Part shown: positions 44,567 through 54,712 of the stretch, piece by piece
Numbering within the stretch: the first letter of the stretch is position 1
How the letters are laid out: every line of letters starts with the position of its first letter
IMG/VR virus record: IMGVR_UViG_3300042691_043155
Coordinates: 2,644-66,643 of that record
DNA: 64,000 nt
From: a virus
Direction: 5' to 3' (one strand)
Position numbers and translations under genes: made by a program
Notes under the pieces: model-generated
The model's input: the letters and a program-made list of their open reading frames with translations, nothing else
The model's database searches: none
Told to the model about the DNA's origin: nothing

Positions 44567-45286
44567 ATGAATAAGTTAGATAAAAAGATTTGTAAAGTAT
44601 GTAATATTGAGAAAGATCTATCTTCTTTTGTTAAATGGAAAAGAACATGTAGAAAGTGTGATATTGAAAATAATAAAAAATGGAAAGAAAAAAATAGAAA
44701 AATTATAAAGAGTAATTGTATAGACTGTAATATTGAATATGAGACTGTTATTTATTCAACAGAAATTCCTAATATTAGATGCAGGAAATGTAGTATAAGA
44801 AGTAAAAAAGTTATTTTAACAAATAAGACATGTAAGATTTGTGAGATAAATAAAAGTATAGATGATTTTTATAGAGGAAATATTTGTAAGAAATGTTTAT
44901 TCAAAAAAAGAAATGAGAGATATTATCAGAGATTAAAAGAAGATTTTCTTTTTAGAATAAAACATAACCTGAAAGTAAGTTTTAAAAAAAATATTAAAAG
45001 TTTCAACACTAAAAAAGACTCAAAAATGATAGAAATAATAGGATGTTCGATCGATGATTTAAAAATACATATAGAGTCTAAATTTGAAGATTGGATGAAT
45101 TGGGAAAACTATGGTAAATATAACGGTAAATTAAATTATGGATGGGATATAGATCACATAATACCAATATCATCATCAAATGATAGTGATGAATTGAAAA
45201 AACTATATAATTATACAAACTTACAACCTCTTTGTAGTAAAGTAAATAGAGATATTAAAAAAGATAAAATAAATTATGAAAATTAA
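44567..45286 (+). CDS. HNH-type homing endonuclease (paralog of 25797-26534)
   Basis: IIGCSIDDLKIHIESKF..MNWENYG..WDIDHIIPISS..NYTNLQPL. Confidence 0.88.
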   Translation: MNKLDKKICKVCNIEKDLSSFVKWKRTCRKCDIENNKKWKEKNRKIIKSNCIDCNIEYETVIYSTEIPNIRCRKCSIRSKKVILTNKTCKICEINKSIDDFYRGNICKKCLFKKRNERYYQRLKEDFLFRIKHNLKVSFKKNIKSFNTKKDSKMIEIIGCSIDDLKIHIESKFEDWMNWENYGKYNGKLNYGWDIDHIIPISSSNDSDELKKLYNYTNLQPLCSKVNRDIKKDKINYEN

Positions 45287-46211
45287 ACATAAACTACTAA
45301 CTGATTATCAATATATGAGTGTTGATAAAAAGATATTTGTTCTAAAAGCTGGTACGGTCTTAGAAAATTATAACTACAATATAAAAGGAGATTTTATTTA
45401 TATAGATAAAGATATTGTTGAAGCTAATCCTGAAATATTCTCTTTAATTGATTGGAAGTTTGAATTGATGGCTTTTATGAAAGTTAATAAACTTCCACAA
45501 CCAGCTCAGTTAGGAAAAAAGTTAATTCCTTTTATAGAAGAGATGGTTTTATCTTCGGTTAGTCAACAAACTGGTGTTAAGATTGATGAATCTAAGATAA
45601 GAGAATTAGAAGAAAAAGAAACCGAACTATTCTCACAAGAACAAAACATTCAGAGAGAGAAAGTTTCTTTAGGAACTAGAGAAAGAATTATCAAAGATAA
45701 AGAAGATGATTTGGAAGCTAGGTTAAAAAGACTTGAGAAAAAAGAAAATGATTTTAAATCTGAGTTAGCTCAATTCGAAAAAAGAGAAGATGAATTAAGA
45801 GAAAGAAATAGAGAGTTAATTGATAAAAAAATTGATTTAGATGATAAGCTACAAGATCTAAATGAAAGAGAAAGAAACTTAGATTTAAACGCTTTGAAAT
45901 CATCTGAACAAATTGACATCAAATATGCGGAATTACAAGCAAAAATGGATAGTGATTTAAAAGATCTTTCTAATAAAGAAAAAGAATTAGAGTTAAAATT
46001 AAAAGAATTATCTAAAAGAGAATCTGAAATAGAAAAAAGAGAAGAAGAAATCTCAGATAAAATAAATGAGATAAACGATTTTGATAATCTAAAAAAAGAG
46101 TTTGACTTATATAAGGAAGAAGTATTTAAACTAGATCAAGAAATAAAAGAATGGGAGAGTTTAAATGTTAAACTTCAAAGAATAAATCTTCCACCATCAG
46201 CAATACTTTAA
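45276..46211 (+). CDS. Long coiled-coil protein
   Basis: E/K/L heptad-rich C-terminal ~200 aa. Confidence 0.8.
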   Translation: MKIKHKLLTDYQYMSVDKKIFVLKAGTVLENYNYNIKGDFIYIDKDIVEANPEIFSLIDWKFELMAFMKVNKLPQPAQLGKKLIPFIEEMVLSSVSQQTGVKIDESKIRELEEKETELFSQEQNIQREKVSLGTRERIIKDKEDDLEARLKRLEKKENDFKSELAQFEKREDELRERNRELIDKKIDLDDKLQDLNERERNLDLNALKSSEQIDIKYAELQAKMDSDLKDLSNKEKELELKLKELSKRESEIEKREEEISDKINEINDFDNLKKEFDLYKEEVFKLDQEIKEWESLNVKLQRINLPPSAIL

Positions 46212-46256
46212 TTTAAAAATCCATCTTTTTAAGATGGATTTTTTTATATATAGTTT

Positions 46257-46997
46257 ATGAAAGAGTTAAAAAACCTTTATAGCTATTTGAAAAAATCAGA
46301 TAAAAAGATTTTATTCCTAACAACTTCTAATCGTTGGTCAGGACAAAATGAATTACCTAAATCAACAATAATTGCTAATGAATTAGCATCTCAATTAAAA
46401 TCTGTTGAAATTATAAACGTTTCTAAATTAAAAATATTTCCTTGTGAAGGAAATGTATCAACACACTCTGGTAATACTTGTGGTATTAAAGAAGCTCTTT
46501 TAAAAGACAGTAAAAAAGATCCTAATAAATTTATTAGATGTTGGGCCTCTATCAATAACCCAACAGATGAAATGTGGAAAGTGGCAAACGCTATTCATGA
46601 TGCTGATATAATCATTTTCTTTGGTTCTATTAGATGGGGTAAAATGAACGCTATCTATACACAGTTGATAGAAAGACTAACTTGGTTAGAAAATAGATGG
46701 ACTACGTTAGGTGAAACAAATATTTTAAAAGATAAAGAAGCTGGTGTTATTGCGGTTGGTCAAAACTGGAATGGTAAAGAATCTGTAAAACTAGAAAAAG
46801 AGGTCTTGAAATTTTTTGGTTTCAAAACCCCTGATGTATTAAGTTTTAATTGGCAATACTTAAATGATGCTAAAGATGAATCTAAAAAAGGTTATAAGGA
46901 TGCTTATAAAACCTTTATGAAAGATTTCAACTTTGTGCAAACATTAAAAGAAGGTATTAGAAAATTCAAGGATTTTATAAGTCATGTAACATCATGA
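46257..46997 (+). CDS. Flavodoxin-fold / NAD(P)H-FMN reductase-like protein
   Basis: FLTTSNR..KST, IFPCEGNVS..CG..CW..DEM, ADIIIFFGSIRWG. Confidence 0.8.
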   Translation: MKELKNLYSYLKKSDKKILFLTTSNRWSGQNELPKSTIIANELASQLKSVEIINVSKLKIFPCEGNVSTHSGNTCGIKEALLKDSKKDPNKFIRCWASINNPTDEMWKVANAIHDADIIIFFGSIRWGKMNAIYTQLIERLTWLENRWTTLGETNILKDKEAGVIAVGQNWNGKESVKLEKEVLKFFGFKTPDVLSFNWQYLNDAKDESKKGYKDAYKTFMKDFNFVQTLKEGIRKFKDFISHVTS

Positions 46998-47002
46998 TAT
47001 AA

Positions 47003-47641
47003 TTAACATAAATAATCTCTTAATTTAATAAAAGGTATTATTGTATCTTCTTTTATATTTTTCTTTTCATAAACATCTAAATCTATCTCATACATATCTA
47101 ATTCTTCTTCTGGAAGATTTATTAGTTTATTAGTTATACCATCTTCAATTGTTAGAAATGCTTTTAATGCTAATTGTCCTGGTTTTTTTGGTTGACCAGA
47201 AGACCAATTCTTATCAGTTGATATCTCGATAGATGCTTCTGATAATGTTATAGCAGTCTTTCTTTGTCTATCAAAGTATTTTGAAATTTCCGGTTCACAA
47301 GGTGTTGAATTCAATAATAATTCACGTAGTTTTAGGTGTCTCCAAACAGTATAATAATTTATACTTATAACACCTTTCTTCTCACTTATCCATTTCATAT
47401 CAGATATGCGTTTTTTCGCATATTTTACATAGTAAACGGCATATTTAACTCTGGCTTTTTCAATTTTATCCCAGTCTAACTGACTAGCTTCTTCGTATGA
47501 AATACCATCTTTATCAAGAACTTTAGCAATATTTTTACTTCTTTCTCTTAATTCTTTAACAACACTGAATATAGTTGATCCAGTAGAAAAAGCTGTTTCA
47601 ATTTTTCTATCAATCATACTTTCAATTTGCTCTTTTCTCAT
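47003..47641 (-). CDS. Hypothetical protein
   Basis: 212-aa ORF. Confidence 0.75.
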   Translation of the reverse strand: MRKEQIESMIDRKIETAFSTGSTIFSVVKELRERSKNIAKVLDKDGISYEEASQLDWDKIEKARVKYAVYYVKYAKKRISDMKWISEKKGVISINYYTVWRHLKLRELLLNSTPCEPEISKYFDRQRKTAITLSEASIEISTDKNWSSGQPKKPGQLALKAFLTIEDGITNKLINLPEEELDMYEIDLDVYEKKNIKEDTIIPFIKLRDYLC

Positions 47642-47692
47642 ATGCCTATTAATTTTTCATAAAGTTAAAAAATTATTTTAATATATACAAAT

Positions 47693-48028
47693 ATGAAAAC
47701 AATTAAAACATTTGAAGGTTTTTTTGATTTTTTCAAAAATGAAAAATCCGATTATAATGAAATTTTATTAGGAGATAATAAAATTTATAAAGTTAAAAAA
47801 GGTGATAAATTAGTATTTATGGAACATTATAAGAATTATCTTCTGAAAAAAGATCCTTCTTTAAGTGATAAAATAAACTTAGATGATCCAGTAACTTTTA
47901 TACAAATTGAGTCTTCTCATTTAATTCGACCAAATTTGATAGTTCAAACCATAGATGGTGTTGATTGGGTATTTGGTTCCGATGCTTTTATGTTAGATAA
48001 AAATATTAACAATGATGAAAACAATTAA
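47693..48028 (+). CDS. Hypothetical protein, MKTIKTFEGFFDFFK tag
   Basis: TTAATATATA 5 nt upstream. Confidence 0.78.
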   Translation: MKTIKTFEGFFDFFKNEKSDYNEILLGDNKIYKVKKGDKLVFMEHYKNYLLKKDPSLSDKINLDDPVTFIQIESSHLIRPNLIVQTIDGVDWVFGSDAFMLDKNINNDENN

Positions 48029-48551
48029 AACATACGAAGGTTTTTTTGACTTTTTCAAAAAGAAAAGATCTGAGGATGATAAAATCGTAATGGATTATAT
48101 CAAAAGATTAGAACGCCTAAAAAGTTATTTAGAAAAAGGTGGAGTTGCTCCTTATGATATAACAATTAATCTTAACGGTACTGAACCAGGTGAACAATAT
48201 TTTACAAGATATAGATTCCAATTTGATGATAGTCCTATAAGAATTGTTAAAGCTGAGGCTGATAGAAAATATAGACGAGGTTGGAGTGAAGAAATTCAAA
48301 AACAATTTATTAACGATGATGGTGCGGTTAAGAAAAACAACAATGTATTTTATCAACTTTATATTGAGAATGCTGACGAATCGGTTAGAGCTGATGTTGA
48401 TCTTTTAGAAGAAATGCATGAGCTATCTGAATGGTGTTTTAAACAAAACAAAGAAAATAAAAGAATTAAAAAAATCAGAGGTAATATGAATCCAGCAGCT
48501 GATTTATTAGATGATGATGTTTGGGGTAATACACCTTTAGATAAGAGATAA
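48012..48551 (+). CDS. Hypothetical protein, MKTIKTYEGFFDFFK tag
   Basis: Shared 15-aa N-terminus. Confidence 0.78.
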   Translation: MMKTIKTYEGFFDFFKKKRSEDDKIVMDYIKRLERLKSYLEKGGVAPYDITINLNGTEPGEQYFTRYRFQFDDSPIRIVKAEADRKYRRGWSEEIQKQFINDDGAVKKNNNVFYQLYIENADESVRADVDLLEEMHELSEWCFKQNKENKRIKKIRGNMNPAADLLDDDVWGNTPLDKR

Positions 48552-48552
48552 A

Positions 48553-48915
48553 CTAAATTAGTAAATCTCTTATCAATTTATCTCTCCTTTTGGAAATATA
48601 TCTACCATACCATTCATCATCTTCAAATTTTATAGTTGATTTTAATGTTAAGTTTATTTTATCTCCCTCAATCTCAATTTCTTTTGAATATATTTTATAA
48701 AATATTCTTTTCATTTTTATACCAAATCTACTTGAAATTTGACTATAATCAAATCTATCAGATTGACTCCAGCGAAAATCACAATCCGGATCAAATTTTT
48801 TAGTCAATCGAATTAAAATTTCTACATCATCAATAAATATATCCTTATAAAATATAGGAACTTTATATTTAATATGATAAGTCTTATAACTAACTTTATT
48901 TACTATCAACTCCAC
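48553..48915 (-). CDS. Hypothetical protein, RRDKLIRDLL tag
   Basis: 120-aa ORF. Confidence 0.72.
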   Translation of the reverse strand: MELIVNKVSYKTYHIKYKVPIFYKDIFIDDVEILIRLTKKFDPDCDFRWSQSDRFDYSQISSRFGIKMKRIFYKIYSKEIEIEGDKINLTLKSTIKFEDDEWYGRYISKRRDKLIRDLLI

Positions 48916-49558
48916 TATCTATAGCACTTATTCTTGTTATTATATTCCACAAATCATTTATGTGTTTTCTATAAATGTCCTTTTCAACAGGTCTTTGGTT
49001 TTCATCATACTTCTCGGCTAATTCTAACTTATGATGTATGATATCTAAGAAGTTATGAACTTTACAACCATTATGTATTGTATAATTTATCTTTTCATCA
49101 GTTCCAATCAAGTCATAATCACAACTAAAACTATAACCTTTATAAACGCCATATGAATCATAACCTCTATAATTACCAGTATTTACATTTATTGATAAAA
49201 AGTTTTTTTCATATACAACTTTATTTAAATTAAAAACACCACAAAACGAAATAAAGTTATCTCTACCTATAATAAAATCAAGATCATCCGGAACTCGACT
49301 AAATATATTTTGCCCTTTATATCTATAAGCCCTCAAAGCACTTGAACCAGTTAAAATAGAGTCCAGTTTCAATAAAGTATTTAAATATTTTGCTCTCTTT
49401 GGATAAAATAATTTTTCAAAGAAATTATTGAAGTGACTAAATGGTAAATCACTTAATGTTATATTATTGTTGTTCTCTAATATTAACTTAAATTTAAGAT
49501 CTCTTAAATAAGTTTTAACATCATTTAGTTTTTGTAAATCGCTCATATAAATATCCAA
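48896..49558 (-). CDS. Putative Pol-beta-fold nucleotidyltransferase
   Basis: LTGSSAL..PDDLDFII (GS..DxD), later YDLI and KHINDL. Confidence 0.6.
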   Translation of the reverse strand: MDIYMSDLQKLNDVKTYLRDLKFKLILENNNNITLSDLPFSHFNNFFEKLFYPKRAKYLNTLLKLDSILTGSSALRAYRYKGQNIFSRVPDDLDFIIGRDNFISFCGVFNLNKVVYEKNFLSINVNTGNYRGYDSYGVYKGYSFSCDYDLIGTDEKINYTIHNGCKVHNFLDIIHHKLELAEKYDENQRPVEKDIYRKHINDLWNIITRISAIDSGVDSK

Positions 49559-50258
49559 TTATTATCCCAGTTAAAGCACCCGCAACGTGGGCTATATGTC
49601 CAATTCCATCTTTTTGGTGTCCTAATGAAATTATAAATTCATCTACAATAAAATAAAGTGGTATTAAAAAAGTCGGAAAGTTTATTTTACCAATTTTATT
49701 GGTTATTTTCATTCCAACAAAAATACCCATTAGTCCATAAATAGAAGAAGAAGCTCCTGCTACAGTGGCTGTTAGTAAACCATCAAGATATATTTGTAAA
49801 AAACCACCAATCGAACCACATATTAAATAAAAGATAATGAATTGTAAAGATTTCATTCTTCTTTCAATTGGTGGGCCAACTAAAAGTAATACACACATAT
49901 TATTTCTTAAATGTTCGGTACTGGCATGTATAAATTGATGTGTTATTAGTTTATCAAATGAAAACGAACCTAAACTCATTAGAAGTGGTTGAATTATTTG
50001 TGATGGTAGTAATAACTCACAATTAAATATAAAAAAGTTCATAGCAACTAAACCAATTACTATTGGAGTTATTGATCTTATACTTTTATCGAAATTATCT
50101 ACTTTTTTAGAAGTAAAGACAAATAGTGATGCGATAACAGGTGTTAATAACAAACTGATAAAGTATGTTATATTATAGCCTATCTTTCTCTTTTCACCTT
50201 CAAAACTTAATCTAACACAAAGAATTGAGTATAGAAAGGCTAATGTAAGTAAAATCAT
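49521..50258 (-). CDS. Rhomboid intramembrane serine protease
   Basis: THQFIHASTEHLRNNM, GASSSIYG (catalytic Ser), AHVAGALTG (catalytic His). Confidence 0.9.
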   Translation of the reverse strand: MILLTLAFLYSILCVRLSFEGEKRKIGYNITYFISLLLTPVIASLFVFTSKKVDNFDKSIRSITPIVIGLVAMNFFIFNCELLLPSQIIQPLLMSLGSFSFDKLITHQFIHASTEHLRNNMCVLLLVGPPIERRMKSLQFIIFYLICGSIGGFLQIYLDGLLTATVAGASSSIYGLMGIFVGMKITNKIGKINFPTFLIPLYFIVDEFIISLGHQKDGIGHIAHVAGALTGIIIGYLYERFTKTK

Positions 50259-50422
50259 AAACCTCTTTCTCTATTATCAATAACTATTCTCATACAACCA
50301 TGACAAACAACAACTGGTCCAGCTGGAGTCATAACTGGTTCTCTCTCACATTTAGATTCACACGGTTTTGTACCTTGTGGTGCGTAATCTCTCAAAGATC
50401 TTCTTTTTTCTCTTTCTCTCAT
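50255..50422 (-). CDS. 55-aa Cys-containing small ORF (not in ORF track)
   Basis: MREREKRRSLRDYAPQGTKPCESKC..VVCHGCMRIVIDNRERGL; after TATATTTG-like promoter ~50442-50449. Confidence 0.65.
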   Translation of the reverse strand: MREREKRRSLRDYAPQGTKPCESKCEREPVMTPAGPVVVCHGCMRIVIDNRERGL

Positions 50423-50487
50423 GACTATAAGTTTTATTTTACAAATATACGAATTTAATATATACGATAGAAAAAAAATATAATAAT

Positions 50488-50910
50488 ATGAAATACTTAA
50501 AGAAGTTTAATGAGAGTTTTGGTAGAACATTATTTGAGGACTTTGGTTCTAAAGACATTATTGATGATATAAAGAGTATATCATACATATTAGAAGATAA
50601 AGGATATGAATTAGGTGTTTATGAGTTTTCTCTTCATACGAATTGGGAAGATGTAATAACTATTAAAATAGAACTTTGGACTGAACAATATGTAACTGGA
50701 GTTGGTGCTTTTACTGATAGCAGTCATGAAAATCTTATGAAAAAAGTGGAGTCTGATATTGATAACTACAAAACTCTTCTAATGGAACATTTAGACTATA
50801 TACCATCAGATAAATTTCATGTAGGTAAAATAACTCATAGAATTGGGTCTCAAGTTTCATTTTCTAAAGAGAGTGTTCGTTTTGAATGTAAAATAAAAAT
50901 AGATTTGTAA
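50488..50910 (+). CDS. Hypothetical protein, MKYLKKFNES tag
   Basis: TTAATATATA at 50455. Confidence 0.78.
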   Translation: MKYLKKFNESFGRTLFEDFGSKDIIDDIKSISYILEDKGYELGVYEFSLHTNWEDVITIKIELWTEQYVTGVGAFTDSSHENLMKKVESDIDNYKTLLMEHLDYIPSDKFHVGKITHRIGSQVSFSKESVRFECKIKIDL

Positions 50911-51545
50911 TGAAAAATATTAAAACATATGAAGGTTTCTTTGACTTTTTTAAAAAGAAAAATAAAGAAGTAAGTAACGAACCTGTTTATTTAGATGATA
51001 TAAAAGAATGTCTTTATGATATAACAGAAGATACTAGATTTGATAATTCCTTAGATGGTACAATTGATGGAGTCTTCAACACTTATCGTGATGTTTTTAA
51101 AATTAAGAGTAATCTAAGTTTAGATTCTGATTATGAACAATTGGGTAATGATATAGAAGGATTACCTGAATATGTTAAAGATAATATGATGGCTGTTAGA
51201 ATTAGATATAAGAGAGAAGAAGAAGATGATAGATATTCGGGAGTAGATAAAGTTGGTGTATTAGATGATGATTTTAAGAGATTATTGGAAATTTGTGAAT
51301 CCAAATTAAAAACATATAATTGTGAAGTTTCTTATTATGTTTGTATTGGTAATACACACTTAGTGAATGGTGCTAGTTGTATTCCGGATGAGTTTAAATC
51401 AATTGATAAGTTATTTTATTTTTTACAAAATAGGAGAGAAATTTTAGGATCAGCTCGTCGTGATTCATCCGGTACTACATTTTTCATTCGAGGATCAATA
51501 AACTTAACTATGAAAATAACATCACCTTCAAAAATAATAGTATAA
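50910..51545 (+). CDS. Hypothetical protein, MKNIKTYEGFFDF tag
   Basis: Tandem paralog of 51548-52066. Confidence 0.8.
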   Translation: MKNIKTYEGFFDFFKKKNKEVSNEPVYLDDIKECLYDITEDTRFDNSLDGTIDGVFNTYRDVFKIKSNLSLDSDYEQLGNDIEGLPEYVKDNMMAVRIRYKREEEDDRYSGVDKVGVLDDDFKRLLEICESKLKTYNCEVSYYVCIGNTHLVNGASCIPDEFKSIDKLFYFLQNRREILGSARRDSSGTTFFIRGSINLTMKITSPSKIIV

Positions 51546-51547
51546 AT

Positions 51548-52066
51548 ATGAAAAATATAAAAACATATGAAGGTTTCTTTGACTTCTTAAAAAAGAAAAA
51601 AAATTTAGAACCGGTGTATTTAGAGGATATAAAAGAATGTCTTTATGATATAACAGAAGATGAACCAAGAATTAAAAACTCTTTAGATGGAAATGTTGAT
51701 GGTATATTTAAAAGTTATGATGAGATATTTGGTATTAAAAATGGAAGAAGTATTGAATATTATGGGTCAATGGATCATATTAAAGATAATATGATAGCGG
51801 TTAGACTTACTTATAATCTAAATGAAATTAGTAATGAAGAAGTTAAAAGATTATTAGAAATATGTTCTTCTAAATTAAGAACATATGATTGTGTAGCAAC
51901 TTTTTATTTATCATATGGTAGAGATGAAGGTAGAACAGATGATAAAGAATATAAATCAGTTGATAAATTATTCAATGCAATAAATAAATATTACAGCTGG
52001 TCTGTTAGACAAAGAAATCCTAATATCGCAATGAAAATAACAGCACCTTCAAAAATAATAGTATAG
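51548..52066 (+). CDS. Hypothetical protein, MKNIKTYEGFFDF tag
   Basis: Shares EPVYL.DIKECLYDITED and MKIT.PSKIIV with previous ORF. Confidence 0.8.
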   Translation: MKNIKTYEGFFDFLKKKKNLEPVYLEDIKECLYDITEDEPRIKNSLDGNVDGIFKSYDEIFGIKNGRSIEYYGSMDHIKDNMIAVRLTYNLNEISNEEVKRLLEICSSKLRTYDCVATFYLSYGRDEGRTDDKEYKSVDKLFNAINKYYSWSVRQRNPNIAMKITAPSKIIV

Positions 52067-52098
52067 TAAACCTAAATTACTTTTTTAATATAATTATC

Positions 52099-52599
52099 AT
52101 GTATTTAAATAAAGATAGAAAAAATTGTACTCTATATTTTGTTAAATCAAACGATATAAATGATTTGATAAAAAGTAATAGTTTGGGGAGTGTGTATGAT
52201 TTAGAGATTTTAAAAAGTGATTCAGATAGCATTAAATATGGTAGAGTTGAAACGCAGATAGTAGGTGCTCTTAGATATACAACCGATGAAGATATTAGTA
52301 GTTTTATCGAGAAAAGTGATATAATAGTTGAAGTAATTAAGAATAAAAGTAGTTATTCTTCTTTTCATTTAGAACCATCTTCTTCGACAGAAGTTAGAAT
52401 AATAATGTATGAACTTTTAAACTTTAGTGAGATAAAAGAATTTGAAAATATTGGTAGTATTGAAAGAAGACTTATAACAACAATTGAAATTGAAATAAAA
52501 CCAATAAAAGTAGTTGAAACGGAATCAAATAATATTTTAAGAGATATAAAGTCTTTAATACGTGATAATAAATTGGATAACTTATTAGGAAATTCCTAA
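52099..52599 (+). CDS. Hypothetical protein, IRDNKLDNLLG tag
   Basis: 166-aa ORF. Confidence 0.75.
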   Translation: MYLNKDRKNCTLYFVKSNDINDLIKSNSLGSVYDLEILKSDSDSIKYGRVETQIVGALRYTTDEDISSFIEKSDIIVEVIKNKSSYSSFHLEPSSSTEVRIIMYELLNFSEIKEFENIGSIERRLITTIEIEIKPIKVVETESNNILRDIKSLIRDNKLDNLLGNS

Positions 52600-52950
52600 A
52601 TTATTAAGTTTTTCGTCTCTTTCAGCAGATTTTAATAGATTTTCTATTTCAGAATCTTCAACACTAAGAAATTTTTTAAATGATTTTATATTAGATATAT
52701 TAACTACGAATTCATTTTCCCAAAAATCTTCTTCGTTATCAGGTCTTATAATATTTAAGGCTAAGCCTAATCTAGCTTTGTTAGCTCCATATTGAACACC
52801 CCAATTTAAAATTGATAAAGTATTTACTTCACTACTTATAAACTTTTTAAAATCGGAAAAGTCTTTCATATACCAAGTCATTGGATGTACGTTTAGAACC
52901 TCTCTAATACCGACAGTTCTTGATAATATGTTCAAAGATATGATTATCAT
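52585..52950 (-). CDS. Hypothetical protein, ERDEKLNNLGI tag
   Basis: 121-aa ORF. Confidence 0.75.
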   Translation of the reverse strand: MIIISLNILSRTVGIREVLNVHPMTWYMKDFSDFKKFISSEVNTLSILNWGVQYGANKARLGLALNIIRPDNEEDFWENEFVVNISNIKSFKKFLSVEDSEIENLLKSAERDEKLNNLGIS

Positions 52951-52951
52951 A

Positions 52952-53317
52952 TTATATTATTTTATCTATATTAAAATTTCTTAATATGGCTTTTAATTCA
53001 GATACACTTTCTTGTATCTTTTCTGATTTAGTTATTCTACTAATATCTTGTTGTTTTTCAAACTCAGATTTAGCAAATCTCTCAGTTAAAACTTTTTTGT
53101 TATATTTAAACCATTCTTTTTGTAGAGTATTCGGCATACTACATATTTCAACTAGTTTATCCATAGTTTCAATTATATAGTAGTAGTTGTTATCTAATTC
53201 GAAAATTATATTACACTTTCTAACTATTGTATGATGTTCCCATGTATCGGAATAAGATACAATTCTCATTCCTTCTACTAAAAAACCACCAGCTCCATTT
53301 TCGCCAATTAGTCCCAT
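52952..53317 (-). CDS. Hypothetical protein, LRNFNIDKII tag variant
   Basis: 121-aa ORF. Confidence 0.72.
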   Translation of the reverse strand: MGLIGENGAGGFLVEGMRIVSYSDTWEHHTIVRKCNIIFELDNNYYYIIETMDKLVEICSMPNTLQKEWFKYNKKVLTERFAKSEFEKQQDISRITKSEKIQESVSELKAILRNFNIDKII

Positions 53318-54657
53318 TACTTAAATTTCTTTTTTAATTCATTTAAGTCATCAAGATACATATCTTTAGGATCGGTTTCTTCTAACTTTTTAATATCTAA
53401 CTTTTTATTTGTAAAATCTTCTTTCAATTTCTCAAATAATTCTTTAGTTAAAGAGTAGATTGGCATTCTTAATAAGTAGTCATAAGAATCATCTATCTTA
53501 TCCAACCCCATTTCTTCAATACCTTTTATGATATCTGGTTTAGAAACATTATTTACTTTTAACTTTTCATCTAAGATAGCTTTAATAAATCTACCTCTAT
53601 TACTTAAAACTTTCAATTCGTGTTGCATTTTATCCAACATGAATTTCTTTCTTTTATGATAGTATGAAAGTCTGAAATTAACAAAGTATTCAATTATATC
53701 AGATGAATTTTCAAATATCTTTAATTTACCCCATTCATCTAATGTTGAAAATATTTCAGTTGATGATTCTTCTAATTTTAAGAGTTTAACTAATTTTTCA
53801 TCGTCATATTTTTCTAAATCAGCTCTTGTAAACTTTATTGTATAATCAATGTTATCTTTACAATTATCATCATAAGAAACTATATCTTTATTATCACATA
53901 ACTTATCTAATATTTCTTCATATTTCTCATAAGTCATTGACGGTGGTAATTCAGTAATTCTAACAGTTGATGTGTTAACTCTTTGAAATTTTCCTTTTAT
54001 AATCCATCTTCTATTGTTCTCTGGATCTTGTATAAACTCACCTGTAAACTCATTAAGTGATGGTTTTATTTCTTTTATAGATTTACCATTTAATAAACTA
54101 ATACAAGCATCTGTGACAGATTTAACATCTCTGTTTAATAGATTCGATGAGAATCCAACGGCAATACCAGAAGAACCATTTATTAAAATAGTTGGTATAA
54201 TTGGGAGAAAAAACTTAGGTTCAATTATTTCACCTTCTTCTTCTTTATATTCAAGTAGTTCAAAATCTTTATAAAGTAATTTAAAGTTACCATTTAATTT
54301 AGTACCAATATATCTGGGAGCTCCAGCTTGTGGAGATCTCAATGAACCAAATTGACCAATCTCATCTAATAGAGGAGCATTGTTTTTGAATTTTTGGGCC
54401 ATTGTAGTAATTGCGTTTTCTAACGATTGGTTACCGTGATGGTAGAAAGCGTCAGAAGCAACTTTACCGGCTAATTGGAATACTTTTAATGGCTTCTCTG
54501 ATCCTGTTTTCCATATTTGATTACAAACGTGTATAATCTTCCTGTGTGTTGGTTTAAAACCATCTACAACAGAAGGAATTGCTCTACCCTCAATAGAGTA
54601 CATAGCGAATTCTTTATATTCGTTTGATAAAAATTCTGTAATACTTTTTTCAATCAT
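53317..54657 (-). CDS. Type II DNA topoisomerase, cleavage subunit (T4 gp52-like)
   Basis: RAIPSVVDGFKPTHRK, YHHG, GQFGS..AGAPRYI (catalytic Tyr), NGSSGIAVGF. Confidence 0.95.
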   Translation of the reverse strand: MIEKSITEFLSNEYKEFAMYSIEGRAIPSVVDGFKPTHRKIIHVCNQIWKTGSEKPLKVFQLAGKVASDAFYHHGNQSLENAITTMAQKFKNNAPLLDEIGQFGSLRSPQAGAPRYIGTKLNGNFKLLYKDFELLEYKEEEGEIIEPKFFLPIIPTILINGSSGIAVGFSSNLLNRDVKSVTDACISLLNGKSIKEIKPSLNEFTGEFIQDPENNRRWIIKGKFQRVNTSTVRITELPPSMTYEKYEEILDKLCDNKDIVSYDDNCKDNIDYTIKFTRADLEKYDDEKLVKLLKLEESSTEIFSTLDEWGKLKIFENSSDIIEYFVNFRLSYYHKRKKFMLDKMQHELKVLSNRGRFIKAILDEKLKVNNVSKPDIIKGIEEMGLDKIDDSYDYLLRMPIYSLTKELFEKLKEDFTNKKLDIKKLEETDPKDMYLDDLNELKKKFK

Positions 54658-54712
54658 AGAGTTATATATACAAAATCTTTTTTTTGTTTTCTATTTTTTT
54701 ATATATAGAGTT

